Shown: positions 31,359-40,650 of the stretch, piece after piece
How positions within the stretch are numbered: position 1 is the stretch's first letter
How the letters are laid out: each line of letters opens with the position of its first letter
Source: Candidatus Poribacteria bacterium
Lineage (GTDB): Bacteria > Poribacteria > WGA-4E > WGA-3G
Assembly: GCA_965214095.1 (NCBI GenBank)
Contig: OZ243938.1
Coordinates: 4,448,001-4,512,000, forward strand
DNA: 64,000 nt
Reading direction: 5' to 3'
Notes under the pieces: model-generated
Told to the model about the DNA's origin: nothing
Seen by the model: the letters and a program-made list of their open reading frames with translations, nothing else
Database searches by the model: none
Program-made: the position numbers and the translations under genes

Positions 31359-31961
31359 ATGAGACAAACTTGTATGCACCTTGTATTAGCACTATTGATA
31401 TTTAGTGTTTTAAGTTGTGGTTCAACTGACAATCCAGTAGATAGTTCTAAAGAAATTGATCCTATTACAGTTGCAGAAACGGAAGCAGAAGCAGAATTAG
31501 GAGAAGGTTTAGTAATTGGCACACACGCACCTGATTTTCAATTGTCCGATGGAGATGGTAATATCCACACACTGTCAGAACATCTTGAAAACGGCAAACA
31601 TGTGGTAATTGTCTTTTACAGAACGGGTGGCTGAACGTTATGCACAACCCAACTCGTTGAGTTGCAAGATAATTACGAAGAAATCAAAAGCAATAATGCA
31701 GAACTATTTGCTATCAGTTCTGAAAATGTTAGTATTACAAAGAAAACTACTGAGAATGAAGGACTCACGTATTCTGTTCTTGCAGACACCTATAAAGATA
31801 CTATCAACGCATATAATGTCTTGGATCAAACTAACGAAACAATTGCAAGACCAGCAGCATATATTATTGCTCAGGATGGAACGGTTGCGTGGAAGTCGCT
31901 TGATTCTTTTTCTAATCGTGTACCTACCGCTACCATTCTAAGGGAATTAGGTAAACTCTGA
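31359..31961 (+). CDS. Putative selenoprotein: lipoprotein AhpC/TSA redoxin (UTLC, Sec92)
   Basis: Lipobox VLSC; TGA at 31632-31634 in frame: FYRTGG-U-TLCTTQLVELQ...ARPAAYII. Confidence 0.86.
31650..31664 (+). promoter_or_regulatory. Putative SECIS apical hairpin 3
   Basis: CAACTC-GTT-GAGTTG at the same offset from the TGA. Confidence 0.75.
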
Positions 31962-33073
31962 TGAATACTACCGACAAAGTAATTGCAGACATCATGTCTG
32001 ACTGTGAAGAGACAGTTCGAGAACGCAATAAGTTAGACCGTCGTGAATTCCTTACCGCAATGGGGGCTGTTAGTGGTGCGGCCCTTAGCGCGTTTCCAGC
32101 ATTTGCACAAATCGGTGGTCGTGTACTCACCACGCCTCAACAGAAAGAAAACCTAACTCCTGTCATAGAAGTTCTTGGAAAACAAGTATGGGAAGATGAT
32201 AGACTTGATGAAGATGCTGTAGGCGAGATGCTCAATCAAGCTATGGTAAAACTCACAGGACGCGAAACAGCTAAAGAAGCATGGAGAGATTTTGTTTTAC
32301 CCGCAAACATTGTTGGAATTAAAATCAACCCACTTGCCGGACCAAAATTAAGCACACATGCTGTCTTAGTAAATAAAATTGTTGATTCATTGAACAGTGC
32401 GGGAGTTCTCAGAAAACAGATCATTATATGGGATCGGTTTGAAGACCATCTCTTGAGTGCAGGATTTCCCATTATCACAGACCAAAGCGATGTCCGTACA
32501 TTGGCAACTAACTTAAACGACATCGGTTACGACGACAAAGTTTTCTACGAAACCGAAAAGGACAGCATCACTCGCCGCGAAAATGAAAGCACCCGCTCAC
32601 TTTATTCCCGCATCATAACTGAAATGGTGGATGTCGTAATAAATGTCCCTGTTCTGAAACAACACGAAATGTCGGGAATCAGTGGATGTCTCAAAAACAT
32701 GGCTTTCGGTAGTGTGGACAATACAAGGAGATTTCATGGTAGACCGCTCTACTGCAATCCAGCTATCGCTGAGATTTATGAGAACAAGGTAATTAAGGAT
32801 AAAGTCGTCCTTAACATCGTTGATGGGTTGCAGGCTTCATATAACAAAGGTCCTACATATCACGCAGAAAGTATATGGCAATTTGGTGGGATGTTTGTAA
32901 GTGCGGATCCTGTTATCCTTGATGTGCTAATCCTTCAAACTGTCAACCAAAAGCGCGAAGAAATGGGTCTAAGTTCTATGTCAAAATATGCTAACCATAT
33001 TACATCAGCAAGCGGACTTGAAATTGGAAGCAACTCTCTTGACCAAGTGAACCTACAAAAAATAGAGGTGTAA
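31961..33073 (+). CDS. DUF362 domain protein with a twin-arginine-like leader
   Basis: DRREFL followed by a hydrophobic segment; VGIKIN, INVPVLKQH..GISGCLKN, DG and ADPV motifs; TGATG overlap with the upstream gene. Confidence 0.8.
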   Translation: MNTTDKVIADIMSDCEETVRERNKLDRREFLTAMGAVSGAALSAFPAFAQIGGRVLTTPQQKENLTPVIEVLGKQVWEDDRLDEDAVGEMLNQAMVKLTGRETAKEAWRDFVLPANIVGIKINPLAGPKLSTHAVLVNKIVDSLNSAGVLRKQIIIWDRFEDHLLSAGFPIITDQSDVRTLATNLNDIGYDDKVFYETEKDSITRRENESTRSLYSRIITEMVDVVINVPVLKQHEMSGISGCLKNMAFGSVDNTRRFHGRPLYCNPAIAEIYENKVIKDKVVLNIVDGLQASYNKGPTYHAESIWQFGGMFVSADPVILDVLILQTVNQKREEMGLSSMSKYANHITSASGLEIGSNSLDQVNLQKIEV

Positions 33074-33077
33074 TTTA

Positions 33078-33320
33078 GTGAAATCCAAATACATTTTTGT
33101 CCTCACACTCTTGTCTGTATTTCTATTTTCCATGCTATACGCTGGTTGTACATATACCCTGACTACAAACGACTCATTACAGATAAATCTTACAAAACCT
33201 GCTAAACAATCTGAATCTTTAATTTCAGAATTTGAAATTGGAGAGGAAAACAGTGTTGCCGGTGATGTTACTCAGAAAGCAGGAAGTGTTTGTGTCGGAG
33301 GGGCATGTATCATTTATTGA
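33078..33320 (+). CDS. Small putative lipoprotein with C-terminal CVGGAC
   Basis: Signal peptide with LYAGC lipobox; starts 4 bp after the DUF362 stop. Confidence 0.55.
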   Translation: MKSKYIFVLTLLSVFLFSMLYAGCTYTLTTNDSLQINLTKPAKQSESLISEFEIGEENSVAGDVTQKAGSVCVGGACIIY

Positions 33321-35296
33321 TTGTCCCTTTTAGATATTTTCTCCCAATCCCACAACAGCACAGTCCCATCAAAACTACCACTGGCAAGTATTTTCCCATC
33401 ATGTGAAAAAGCAAGCGATTCTATAAGTTCAGTGTGTCCAGACACAGTTCTAATTTCTTCACCTGTTTCAACATCCCATAATTTTATTCTGATATTGGAT
33501 ATTAGTTCAACAAATCCAGTAGCGACAAGGATTTTACTATTGGGAGAGAAGATCATTTTAATTATATGTCCGTGTAGGTCTGCATAAATTTCTTTAGGTT
33601 CGTCAGATGGGAACATTTCTAAATCATGTAGGAAAATATTCTCACCGCTTAATTCAGCAATTCTATTACCATCTGGAGAGAATGCCATAGATTTGACACG
33701 CGTTTTAGTTTGTATTGGAGGTTCTTCTGGTTTTTCTGTTTGCCATATAAATGGTTTGTCAGAGGATTCGTAGATTGCAAGGTATTTACCGTCAGGTGAC
33801 ATAATCATGTTTTCAATGAACGATATATCCTCAGTTGATAGATTAAACGATTCTTCTGCAGAATCAATATTCCATCCCAACACATCTTCTGATCCATATA
33901 TGGCAAGAATGTTGTTATCAGGTGAAAATGTAAGTATATTACATGAATGATCATTCCAAGGACCTAATACTTCTTCACCAGTGGTTATGTCCCACATTCG
34001 TATAGGTAGTATTTCAAGACTGTCATCTGCATTTGTGGTATATCCGAAACCATAAGGTTTGAATCTAAATGAATAATTGTTTAACCCCTGACAGACAAAA
34101 CGTTTAGCATCATTGGTAAATGCAACTGAAGAAACATATTCGCTTTCACTCTTAGTAAATGTGGCTATTTCTTCATAACCATTCAAACTCCAAACATTAA
34201 CTGTCCCAATCATGTTAGCACTTACAAGTGTTGACCCATTCTCAGAAAAGGCAATAGCTTTAATCCATTTCGTATGTCCTGTAGCAAAGGTGACAAGTTC
34301 TTCACCTGTGTCAGGATTCCAGAAGCGGATTGTGCCATCAAGGCTACCACTTGCAAGACATCCGCTATATTTACTTGCACCTTCAGGTGAAAAAGTTAGA
34401 GCATTAATGGTGTTCTTGTGTCCAATTAATGTTCTAAGTCTTTTAGGATTTTCAACATCCCAGAGGATAATTTCTTTATTAGTATCTCCACTTGCGAATA
34501 GTTTGTCATCTGGTGATATGGCAACAGAAGTGATTGTGGACTTATGTCCAATCAAAGATGTTGTCAGTCTCCGTTCTGCAATATCCCAAATTCTAACAGA
34601 ATTGTCCGCAACAGCACTTAGCATTGTTTCATTATTCGATGTAATGGATAAGGCAAAAATACCATCCTTTAAATCATCGGCTTGAAAGACAAGATGCTTA
34701 TCGCTCAAGGATGTATCATATATATGTATTTTGTGTTGAATATCCGCTACAGCAATATAATTGCCTGTAGGTGAAATTGTAACAGTTTGATTTGGATTTA
34801 CCTTTGCTATTTCAGATAAAATATCACCGTTGCTTATGTTCCAATAGATGATTCTTCCACTATTGTCATAACTGATCAGTGTTTTACCCAAAAACCCCAA
34901 GGCAACAACAGTGCTAAATCCCCTATTAAAAAACGAGGTGGAATGGTGAGTATCGTTTTCTAAATCCCACAGTTGAATTGTAGGATTTCCATTTCCACCA
35001 CTTGCGAGTATTTTTCCATCATCTGAAAATGCCAGTGCGTTGACTCTTCCAAGGCTGTCTGTGAACAATGCAGTTGCCTTCCCATCTGGAACATCGTAAA
35101 GCCACAGCCCAACATCAGTACCAACCGCAAGTCGCGTTCCATCTGGTGAGAACCGCATGACATTGATGCCGCCTTTACCAAGTCGTGCAATAGCACCATC
35201 GGGTAGACCAACTTGTGTGTTGTCTTGTGCAAGAACATGAGATGTCATTCCCACAAACATAAGAATAAATGCAAATATGTGATACGTTGATTTCAT
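33314..35296 (-). CDS. Secreted WD40 repeat protein
   Basis: Signal peptide; LPDGAIARLGKG leader; many GH..WD repeats. Confidence 0.92.
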   Translation of the reverse strand: MKSTYHIFAFILMFVGMTSHVLAQDNTQVGLPDGAIARLGKGGINVMRFSPDGTRLAVGTDVGLWLYDVPDGKATALFTDSLGRVNALAFSDDGKILASGGNGNPTIQLWDLENDTHHSTSFFNRGFSTVVALGFLGKTLISYDNSGRIIYWNISNGDILSEIAKVNPNQTVTISPTGNYIAVADIQHKIHIYDTSLSDKHLVFQADDLKDGIFALSITSNNETMLSAVADNSVRIWDIAERRLTTSLIGHKSTITSVAISPDDKLFASGDTNKEIILWDVENPKRLRTLIGHKNTINALTFSPEGASKYSGCLASGSLDGTIRFWNPDTGEELVTFATGHTKWIKAIAFSENGSTLVSANMIGTVNVWSLNGYEEIATFTKSESEYVSSVAFTNDAKRFVCQGLNNYSFRFKPYGFGYTTNADDSLEILPIRMWDITTGEEVLGPWNDHSCNILTFSPDNNILAIYGSEDVLGWNIDSAEESFNLSTEDISFIENMIMSPDGKYLAIYESSDKPFIWQTEKPEEPPIQTKTRVKSMAFSPDGNRIAELSGENIFLHDLEMFPSDEPKEIYADLHGHIIKMIFSPNSKILVATGFVELISNIRIKLWDVETGEEIRTVSGHTELIESLAFSHDGKILASGSFDGTVLLWDWEKISKRDNQ

Positions 35297-35359
35297 GGTT
35301 GCTCCTAAGTAATGAAAGTAATCTTTCTCTCTAATATCGGATACAAATAGTGCAGGCGT

Positions 35360-36103
35360 TCAAACCTTTTTATGACAGATGATGGCTGAAATCCAACAGA
35401 AACGTCTTAAGAAAGGAAATAGTCGTAATAGTATTTTATCTAAGACTTTGAGAAATTGAAGGGTCCATTGATAAAGGAAACGGATTGGGATTACTTTTTG
35501 CCAAAAAAGCGAACCTATAGATAGGAAATGGAATTCTCTGTGATTCACCTTGTCAAATGCTACATCTAATGCTTCAATATCGGCAAGCGAGAAATAATGC
35601 AACTCTTGTGAGTATTTCAAGAAGAGTTTGCGATAAAGCCAAACTACTGGATGATGACGCATATTCTCAACGAAAATCGCCTTTCCACCCGGTTTAAGAA
35701 CGCGGTGACACTCTTGTGCAGTTTGCGCGTGTTCAGTGAACACTAACACGGATTTTGAGATAACGAAATCAAACGTGTTATCTGGAAAGGCGAGTTGTGT
35801 GGCATCCATGAGTGAAAAGTCAACCGCATCTGAGACATCGTGGTGTTTGACCCTCTCCCTCGCTTCATCTAAACGAAAGGGTAAAAGGTCAATGCCAACG
35901 ACTGATGCACCTTTCTTGGCAAGAAGCGTTGCAGTGCCACCTGTGCCAGTGCCTAACTCAAGCACCCTTTTACCTTGTAGGTCACCCATTTTGGGGAGGA
36001 TATATTCAAATACAGGTAGATAATAATCTTCCCACCAGAGTAAGAGTTCTGTCTCAACGGTGACTGATTGACCGTTCGGTCGCGATGCATCTGGTTCACT
36101 CAA
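35360..36103 (-). CDS. Class I SAM-dependent methyltransferase
   Basis: VLELGTGTG, FPDNTFD, RVLKPGG. Confidence 0.88.
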   Translation of the reverse strand: MSEPDASRPNGQSVTVETELLLWWEDYYLPVFEYILPKMGDLQGKRVLELGTGTGGTATLLAKKGASVVGIDLLPFRLDEARERVKHHDVSDAVDFSLMDATQLAFPDNTFDFVISKSVLVFTEHAQTAQECHRVLKPGGKAIFVENMRHHPVVWLYRKLFLKYSQELHYFSLADIEALDVAFDKVNHREFHFLSIGSLFWQKVIPIRFLYQWTLQFLKVLDKILLRLFPFLRRFCWISAIICHKKV

Positions 36104-36105
36104 AC

Positions 36106-36864
36106 CTATATTTTTCCCATTTTTCTTAGAGCTTCAAGACAACGTTTAGCACATTCAAGCGGAGGATACGGGTAACTTTCTTGCTCAACGATGTACCATT
36201 CAGTGCCGCCGACCGTTTCAAATGCATCAAAGACTTCCTCCCATGCCAAGTCACCTTCTCCGATGAGTGCTTTGTCATTGGTTGCGGAGAACTCTTTGAT
36301 ATGCACGATCTTGTATCTGCCGGGGTATCGTTCAATGAATGGGATATTGTCTTGACCTGCGCGTAGGACATGACCCGTATCTATCTGTAATACGACTTCA
36401 TCGTGGGTGTTGCTGGCAAAAGTGTCCCAAGGGATTTTTCCCTCCAAAGGTTTGAACTCACCTGCATGGTTGTGGTAGCCAGTATATAGACCTTGGTCGG
36501 AGATTTTTTCTGCAATATCGTTGAAGATTTTAGCAGTATCTTTCCAAGCATCTTGTGAATTGGTATATTCTCCTCCTAATCCTGGAACAATCAGATACGG
36601 ATTACCGAGTGTTTTGTTGAACTCCACGGTTTTCTCAAGCTGATCCCCAAGAAGCGTGTTCAATCCAGTATGCGTGCCAACTATTTTGAGTTCAAGGTCA
36701 TCACACATACCCCGTAATTCTTCTGCAGATCGGTCATAATATCCAGCAAATTCTACACCTTCATATCCCATTTGTGCAACTGCTTGAAGTGTGAGGGATA
36801 GGTCTTTTGCACAATCGTCTCTGACAGAATATAACTGTAATGCTATAGGTATTCTTTCGCTCAA
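36106..36864 (-). CDS. Sugar phosphate isomerase/epimerase (xylose isomerase-like TIM barrel)
   Basis: ALQLYSVR, GVEFAG, YHNH, DTGH, HIKE, IVEQE. Confidence 0.9.
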   Translation of the reverse strand: MSERIPIALQLYSVRDDCAKDLSLTLQAVAQMGYEGVEFAGYYDRSAEELRGMCDDLELKIVGTHTGLNTLLGDQLEKTVEFNKTLGNPYLIVPGLGGEYTNSQDAWKDTAKIFNDIAEKISDQGLYTGYHNHAGEFKPLEGKIPWDTFASNTHDEVVLQIDTGHVLRAGQDNIPFIERYPGRYKIVHIKEFSATNDKALIGEGDLAWEEVFDAFETVGGTEWYIVEQESYPYPPLECAKRCLEALRKMGKI

Positions 36865-36952
36865 TTAGATTCTCCTTATTTTACATAATGCTATTATTAA
36901 CTCAAACATATGCCATTTCTATGAATGAAAGTATCATTTAGAAGAAATGTAA

Positions 36953-36977
36953 GAGGCGCAATGAATTGCGCGACTAC
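36953..36977 (-). repeat. REP-like hairpin, family A
   Basis: Reverse complement of the 9069 copy. Confidence 0.85.
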
Positions 36978-36985
36978 AAACCTGC

Positions 36986-37088
36986 TATAGTAGATTTTGA
37001 AATTACTTGAACACTCTGCGTCGGCGAGGTTAGGAAACCTCGCCTACCGTGGGTCGAAAGTGTCAACTTATATTTATAATTCACTATA
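36986..37088. repeat. MITE/REP element, family C
   Basis: TATAGTAG...GGCGAGGTTAGGAAACCTCGCCTACC...TTCACTATA; two further copies at 52271-52462. Confidence 0.85.
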
Positions 37089-37102
37089 TGTCTTTAATGG
37101 TA

Positions 37103-38122
37103 TTATTTCATTGGCAAGTTGACTGCTTTGCCACTATCAGACGAAACAAGTCCTGCCTCAAGGATTTCTTGTGCATCACGACTAACTTTTGGACAGCACA
37201 AACCATCAATCGCTTCACCGGATTCCAAGCAGTGAATTAAGTATTCAGGTGCATTTCTTCTGCCTTCAGGTAAGGGATCAGGTTCTATGGATTGAACATC
37301 ACTGCCTGCGGGTGTAAGACTGACTTGGTTTCCCGATATTGTCAATGCACCCTCAGTGCCGTAGACAACAGGATTTGGTGTGATATAACCTGTCTTTTGA
37401 GTCCAAGATGCTTCTGTAATACCGAAGGCGTTAGCATACTTCATCAGGATGATTGCGTTATCGTCAGGAACAGGATAGTCTTTGACAAAAGTGCCGCGGA
37501 ATGCAGTAACTTGTTCGGGTAATCCGAGCAGATATGCACACATATCGGCACAGTAGCAACAGTAGTCCATCAATGCACCAGCACCGTTTTTCTCCTCATC
37601 GTATAACCATTCGTAGAAATAACGTGAACAGCCGATTTCTTTGGGACCATTGTGTGCTGACCGCCATTTGAAATGTAATACATTGCCGATCGCGCCTTCT
37701 TGGATGAGTTGCATCGCTTTGTTCAACGCTGGACTCCAAGCGGTTGGCCAATTAATCATCAAGAGGGTTTTTGCATCTTGCGCTGACTTTAGCATCTGAT
37801 CTGCTTGTGATAGTCGTGCTGCCATAGGTTTTTCAGATACGACGTGAATTCCTTTTGCTGCAGCTGCCGCAACGATTCCAGGACCAGTACTGTTTTCAGC
37901 AGATGCTTGAACGATATCTAATTCCTCTTTGTCTATCATCTCCTGCCATGAATCATATACGTTCTCAACACCTGTCTCTGATTTGAATTGGGTGCGTAAT
38001 TCAGCGTTGACATCACCTGCTGCGACGATCTCAACTTGGGGATGTTCCTTCCAACGTCCCAATTCACCCCAAACATGATCGTGAACTAACGAAGCAAAAC
38101 CAACGCGATAGGTTTTTGACAT
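37103..38122 (-). CDS. Gfo/Idh/MocA family oxidoreductase
   Basis: N-terminal Rossmann fold, VSEKPMA, GAGALMDY. Confidence 0.9.
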   Translation of the reverse strand: MSKTYRVGFASLVHDHVWGELGRWKEHPQVEIVAAGDVNAELRTQFKSETGVENVYDSWQEMIDKEELDIVQASAENSTGPGIVAAAAAKGIHVVSEKPMAARLSQADQMLKSAQDAKTLLMINWPTAWSPALNKAMQLIQEGAIGNVLHFKWRSAHNGPKEIGCSRYFYEWLYDEEKNGAGALMDYCCYCADMCAYLLGLPEQVTAFRGTFVKDYPVPDDNAIILMKYANAFGITEASWTQKTGYITPNPVVYGTEGALTISGNQVSLTPAGSDVQSIEPDPLPEGRRNAPEYLIHCLESGEAIDGLCCPKVSRDAQEILEAGLVSSDSGKAVNLPMK

Positions 38123-38155
38123 AAGTTATTTCTCCTGTCTTGTAAATTGTTGTAA

Positions 38156-39208
38156 TTATTCTTGTGCGCGAACAGCAATTTTTATTGCTGTTTCACCATT
38201 TATACGGTATCCACCATCAAGTGCCTTAAATCCATCTTCTACTTGTGTGAGTGGGAGTTGATGACTGATCATATCAGCGAATGGTAAATCGCTTTTCTCA
38301 AGCAATGGTAATCCACGAACAAAGTGTTCGTATTGACTACCCCAAATCGCTTCAAGTCGTAGATTTTTACGCATCAATAACTGATTGATATTGAAGTCAA
38401 TTGATCCCATATCCACAAAGTGTCCAACTTCTACAAATGTGCCACTACGTCTTGTATAGCCTAAACCTTCTGGCGTAGCAGGGAGAAAACCTGCACATTC
38501 AAAGACGACATCTGCCCCCTCATTTCGTGGTGTTTCAGATTTTACCAATTCAGTTCGTTTTTCTACAGTGGTAACTTCCTCAATGTCAATCGTAACATCT
38601 GCCCCGAACCGTTTTGCGAGTTCCAAGCGTCCCGCTGGACCGCCAACCATAATTATCTTTCCGGCACCACTCATTTTTGCACAAGCGAGTGTTACCAGAC
38701 CGATTGCACCAGAACCCTGTACAACCACAGTATCACCAAATTGAATTTTGCCACGCATAACTGCGTGGACACCTACTGTGAAAGGTTCTATAAGCACTGC
38801 TACCTCTGGTGAAATTTCAGTTTTCATAAAACAGGTATTCGGATATGTGAGATACATGTAATCTGCAAATCCACCACGAAAGTGAGGAGCCTCATCAGGA
38901 TTCCATTGAAATCCATACCCACCGTAATCTGTGCCGGGTGCAAAGATAATCCTATCTCCCTCATTGATAGGTTTACCTACATAATCTGTCTTCACATCTT
39001 TGCCAATTGCTTCTACGATACCGACATTTTCATGTCCTAATAGTATCTCAGTTTTAAAGCCGTTTTGCCAGTTGTGTAGGTCAGTTCCGCAAATCCCTGC
39101 TAATTCTTGACGCAGCAATATCGTATTGGGTTCAGGTTCAGGAACTGGGTATTCTCGAATCTCAAAATCTTGTCCGAAAGCCACCACTGCTCTACCTGTT
39201 CGGGGCAT
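38156..39208 (-). CDS. Zinc-binding (MDR) alcohol dehydrogenase family protein
   Basis: GICGTD, LGHE, EP, QGSGAIG. Confidence 0.9.
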   Translation of the reverse strand: MPRTGRAVVAFGQDFEIREYPVPEPEPNTILLRQELAGICGTDLHNWQNGFKTEILLGHENVGIVEAIGKDVKTDYVGKPINEGDRIIFAPGTDYGGYGFQWNPDEAPHFRGGFADYMYLTYPNTCFMKTEISPEVAVLIEPFTVGVHAVMRGKIQFGDTVVVQGSGAIGLVTLACAKMSGAGKIIMVGGPAGRLELAKRFGADVTIDIEEVTTVEKRTELVKSETPRNEGADVVFECAGFLPATPEGLGYTRRSGTFVEVGHFVDMGSIDFNINQLLMRKNLRLEAIWGSQYEHFVRGLPLLEKSDLPFADMISHQLPLTQVEDGFKALDGGYRINGETAIKIAVRAQE

Positions 39209-39313
39209 AGTATTCTCCTATTATCCTGTGAGGGTCTTTACCATATAATACCAATTCTAATAAAGAAGTTCTCAATATGATATTCTGATCTAAAACTGAA
39301 CTTGAGAATGTAA

Positions 39314-39338
39314 GAGACGCAATAAATTGCGCGACTAC
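39314..39338 (-). repeat. REP-like hairpin, family A (variant)
   Basis: GAGACGCAATAAATTGCGCGACTAC. Confidence 0.8.
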
Positions 39339-39356
39339 GAACCATCTATTTCTTTA

Positions 39357-39644
39357 TCAGTATCTACGTTTTTTTCTTCTCGTAATTATGTATAGTACAA
39401 TTATTGTGCCTATTGAAATCCACAACCAATTTGCTTGGAAAATCTCAAAGAAGATATTAAACGCTATCCAGAGACCGACTTCAATGCCGATTATTGCTAA
39501 TGCTTTAGGCCATGGAAAATCTGCGTTATGTTGTTTTTGTAATCTATCTGCGAATACAAATGAAACAACTACAGTACCTAATACGACGACAAAGAAAAGT
39601 AAGTTTACTGTTCCTTGAATGCTCTCAAAAATGAAATCTATCAT
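39357..39644 (-). CDS. Hypothetical small membrane protein (about 3 TM segments)
   Basis: AGGAG RBS; hydrophobic segments; basic C-terminus. Confidence 0.65.
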   Translation of the reverse strand: MIDFIFESIQGTVNLLFFVVVLGTVVVSFVFADRLQKQHNADFPWPKALAIIGIEVGLWIAFNIFFEIFQANWLWISIGTIIVLYIITRRKKRRY

Positions 39645-39770
39645 TTTTTACTCCTATTTATCAAGAATCTACGTATACACTGACGCAGACTCTATCTATT
39701 GTGTTTGCTTATATAGAGACGCTATTACATAAAAAGATAGCATTTCTTGATGAAACCCATTGTACTGTAA

Positions 39771-40616
39771 TTATTCGCAAAATATTCGTTCAGGATGGCT
39801 ATACACCACCATTCGATTTTCCCGCATAAATCCAATTAAGGTTATATGTCCTTCTACTGCTAAATCAACAGCAAGTGTTGATGCAGCGGAGACTGCCGCA
39901 ACGATTGGAATTCGGGCAAAAAGTGCTTTCTGAACTATTTCAAAACTTGCGCGACCACTGACCATCAAGATATGTTTGTCAAGTGGTAGCATATCTGACA
40001 AAAGTGCTTGTCCAATAACCTTGTCGACTGCATTATGTCTACCGATATCCTCTCTAACAATAAGGAGTTCACCTTTTTCATTGAAAAGTCCTGCAGCGTG
40101 TAATCCGCCTGTTTTTTCAAATACAGATTGTTCAACACGCAATTTGTCATTTAGGTGATAACACACATTTTGATGTAGTTTAAAATCCATTTCCAGTGGT
40201 TTTACTTGGTGTTTTACGGCATCTATCGTCATTTTTCCACAGAGACCGCAGCTTGCATTCGCATGAAAATTTCGTTGCCATCCTGCTTCTTCAAGCACGA
40301 ACTTGTCTTTTAGATGAACATTGATGATGTTTTGAAATGAATCTATTTGAGCATATTGGTTATTGTCATTGTTAAGCGTGTTCTCATCTTCACAATAAGC
40401 AATGATCTGAATATCATCTTCAGATTTGATAAGGTTTTCAGTAAATAGGAATCCTGCAGCGAGTTCAAAATCATGTCCGGGTGTGCGCATAACTACGATA
40501 AGACTTTGCTGTCCGACTCGAATTTCAAGGGGTTCTTCAACCACTAATTCGTCTTCAGTATGTGTTTCTTTTGACAGGTTCCAGCGTACGACCTGTTTTG
40601 TATTTGTTTGTTGCAT
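39771..40616 (-). CDS. fdhD: Formate dehydrogenase accessory sulfurtransferase FdhD
   Basis: EEPLEI, MRTPG, SCGLCG, TGGLHAA, EDIGRHNAVDK, SGRAS. Confidence 0.95.
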   Translation of the reverse strand: MQQTNTKQVVRWNLSKETHTEDELVVEEPLEIRVGQQSLIVVMRTPGHDFELAAGFLFTENLIKSEDDIQIIAYCEDENTLNNDNNQYAQIDSFQNIINVHLKDKFVLEEAGWQRNFHANASCGLCGKMTIDAVKHQVKPLEMDFKLHQNVCYHLNDKLRVEQSVFEKTGGLHAAGLFNEKGELLIVREDIGRHNAVDKVIGQALLSDMLPLDKHILMVSGRASFEIVQKALFARIPIVAAVSAASTLAVDLAVEGHITLIGFMRENRMVVYSHPERIFCE

Positions 40617-40650
40617 GACTGAGTAGGATTTACGGACATTGTCAGTTTTG

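Noticed and set aside
29030-31961. Alternative genetic code (UGA = Trp or Gly) or three pseudogenes as the explanation for the in-frame TGAs
   Set aside because: Many well-formed genes here end in TGA at the expected C-terminus (for example trxB, the GT2 and the pectate lyase). The internal TGAs occur only at a catalytic Cys position and are followed by a conserved hairpin.
31959-31961. Read-through of the terminal TGA of the third redoxin
   Set aside because: It aligns with the C-termini of the paralogs (ELGKL), has no SECIS-like hairpin, and the next gene starts in another frame.
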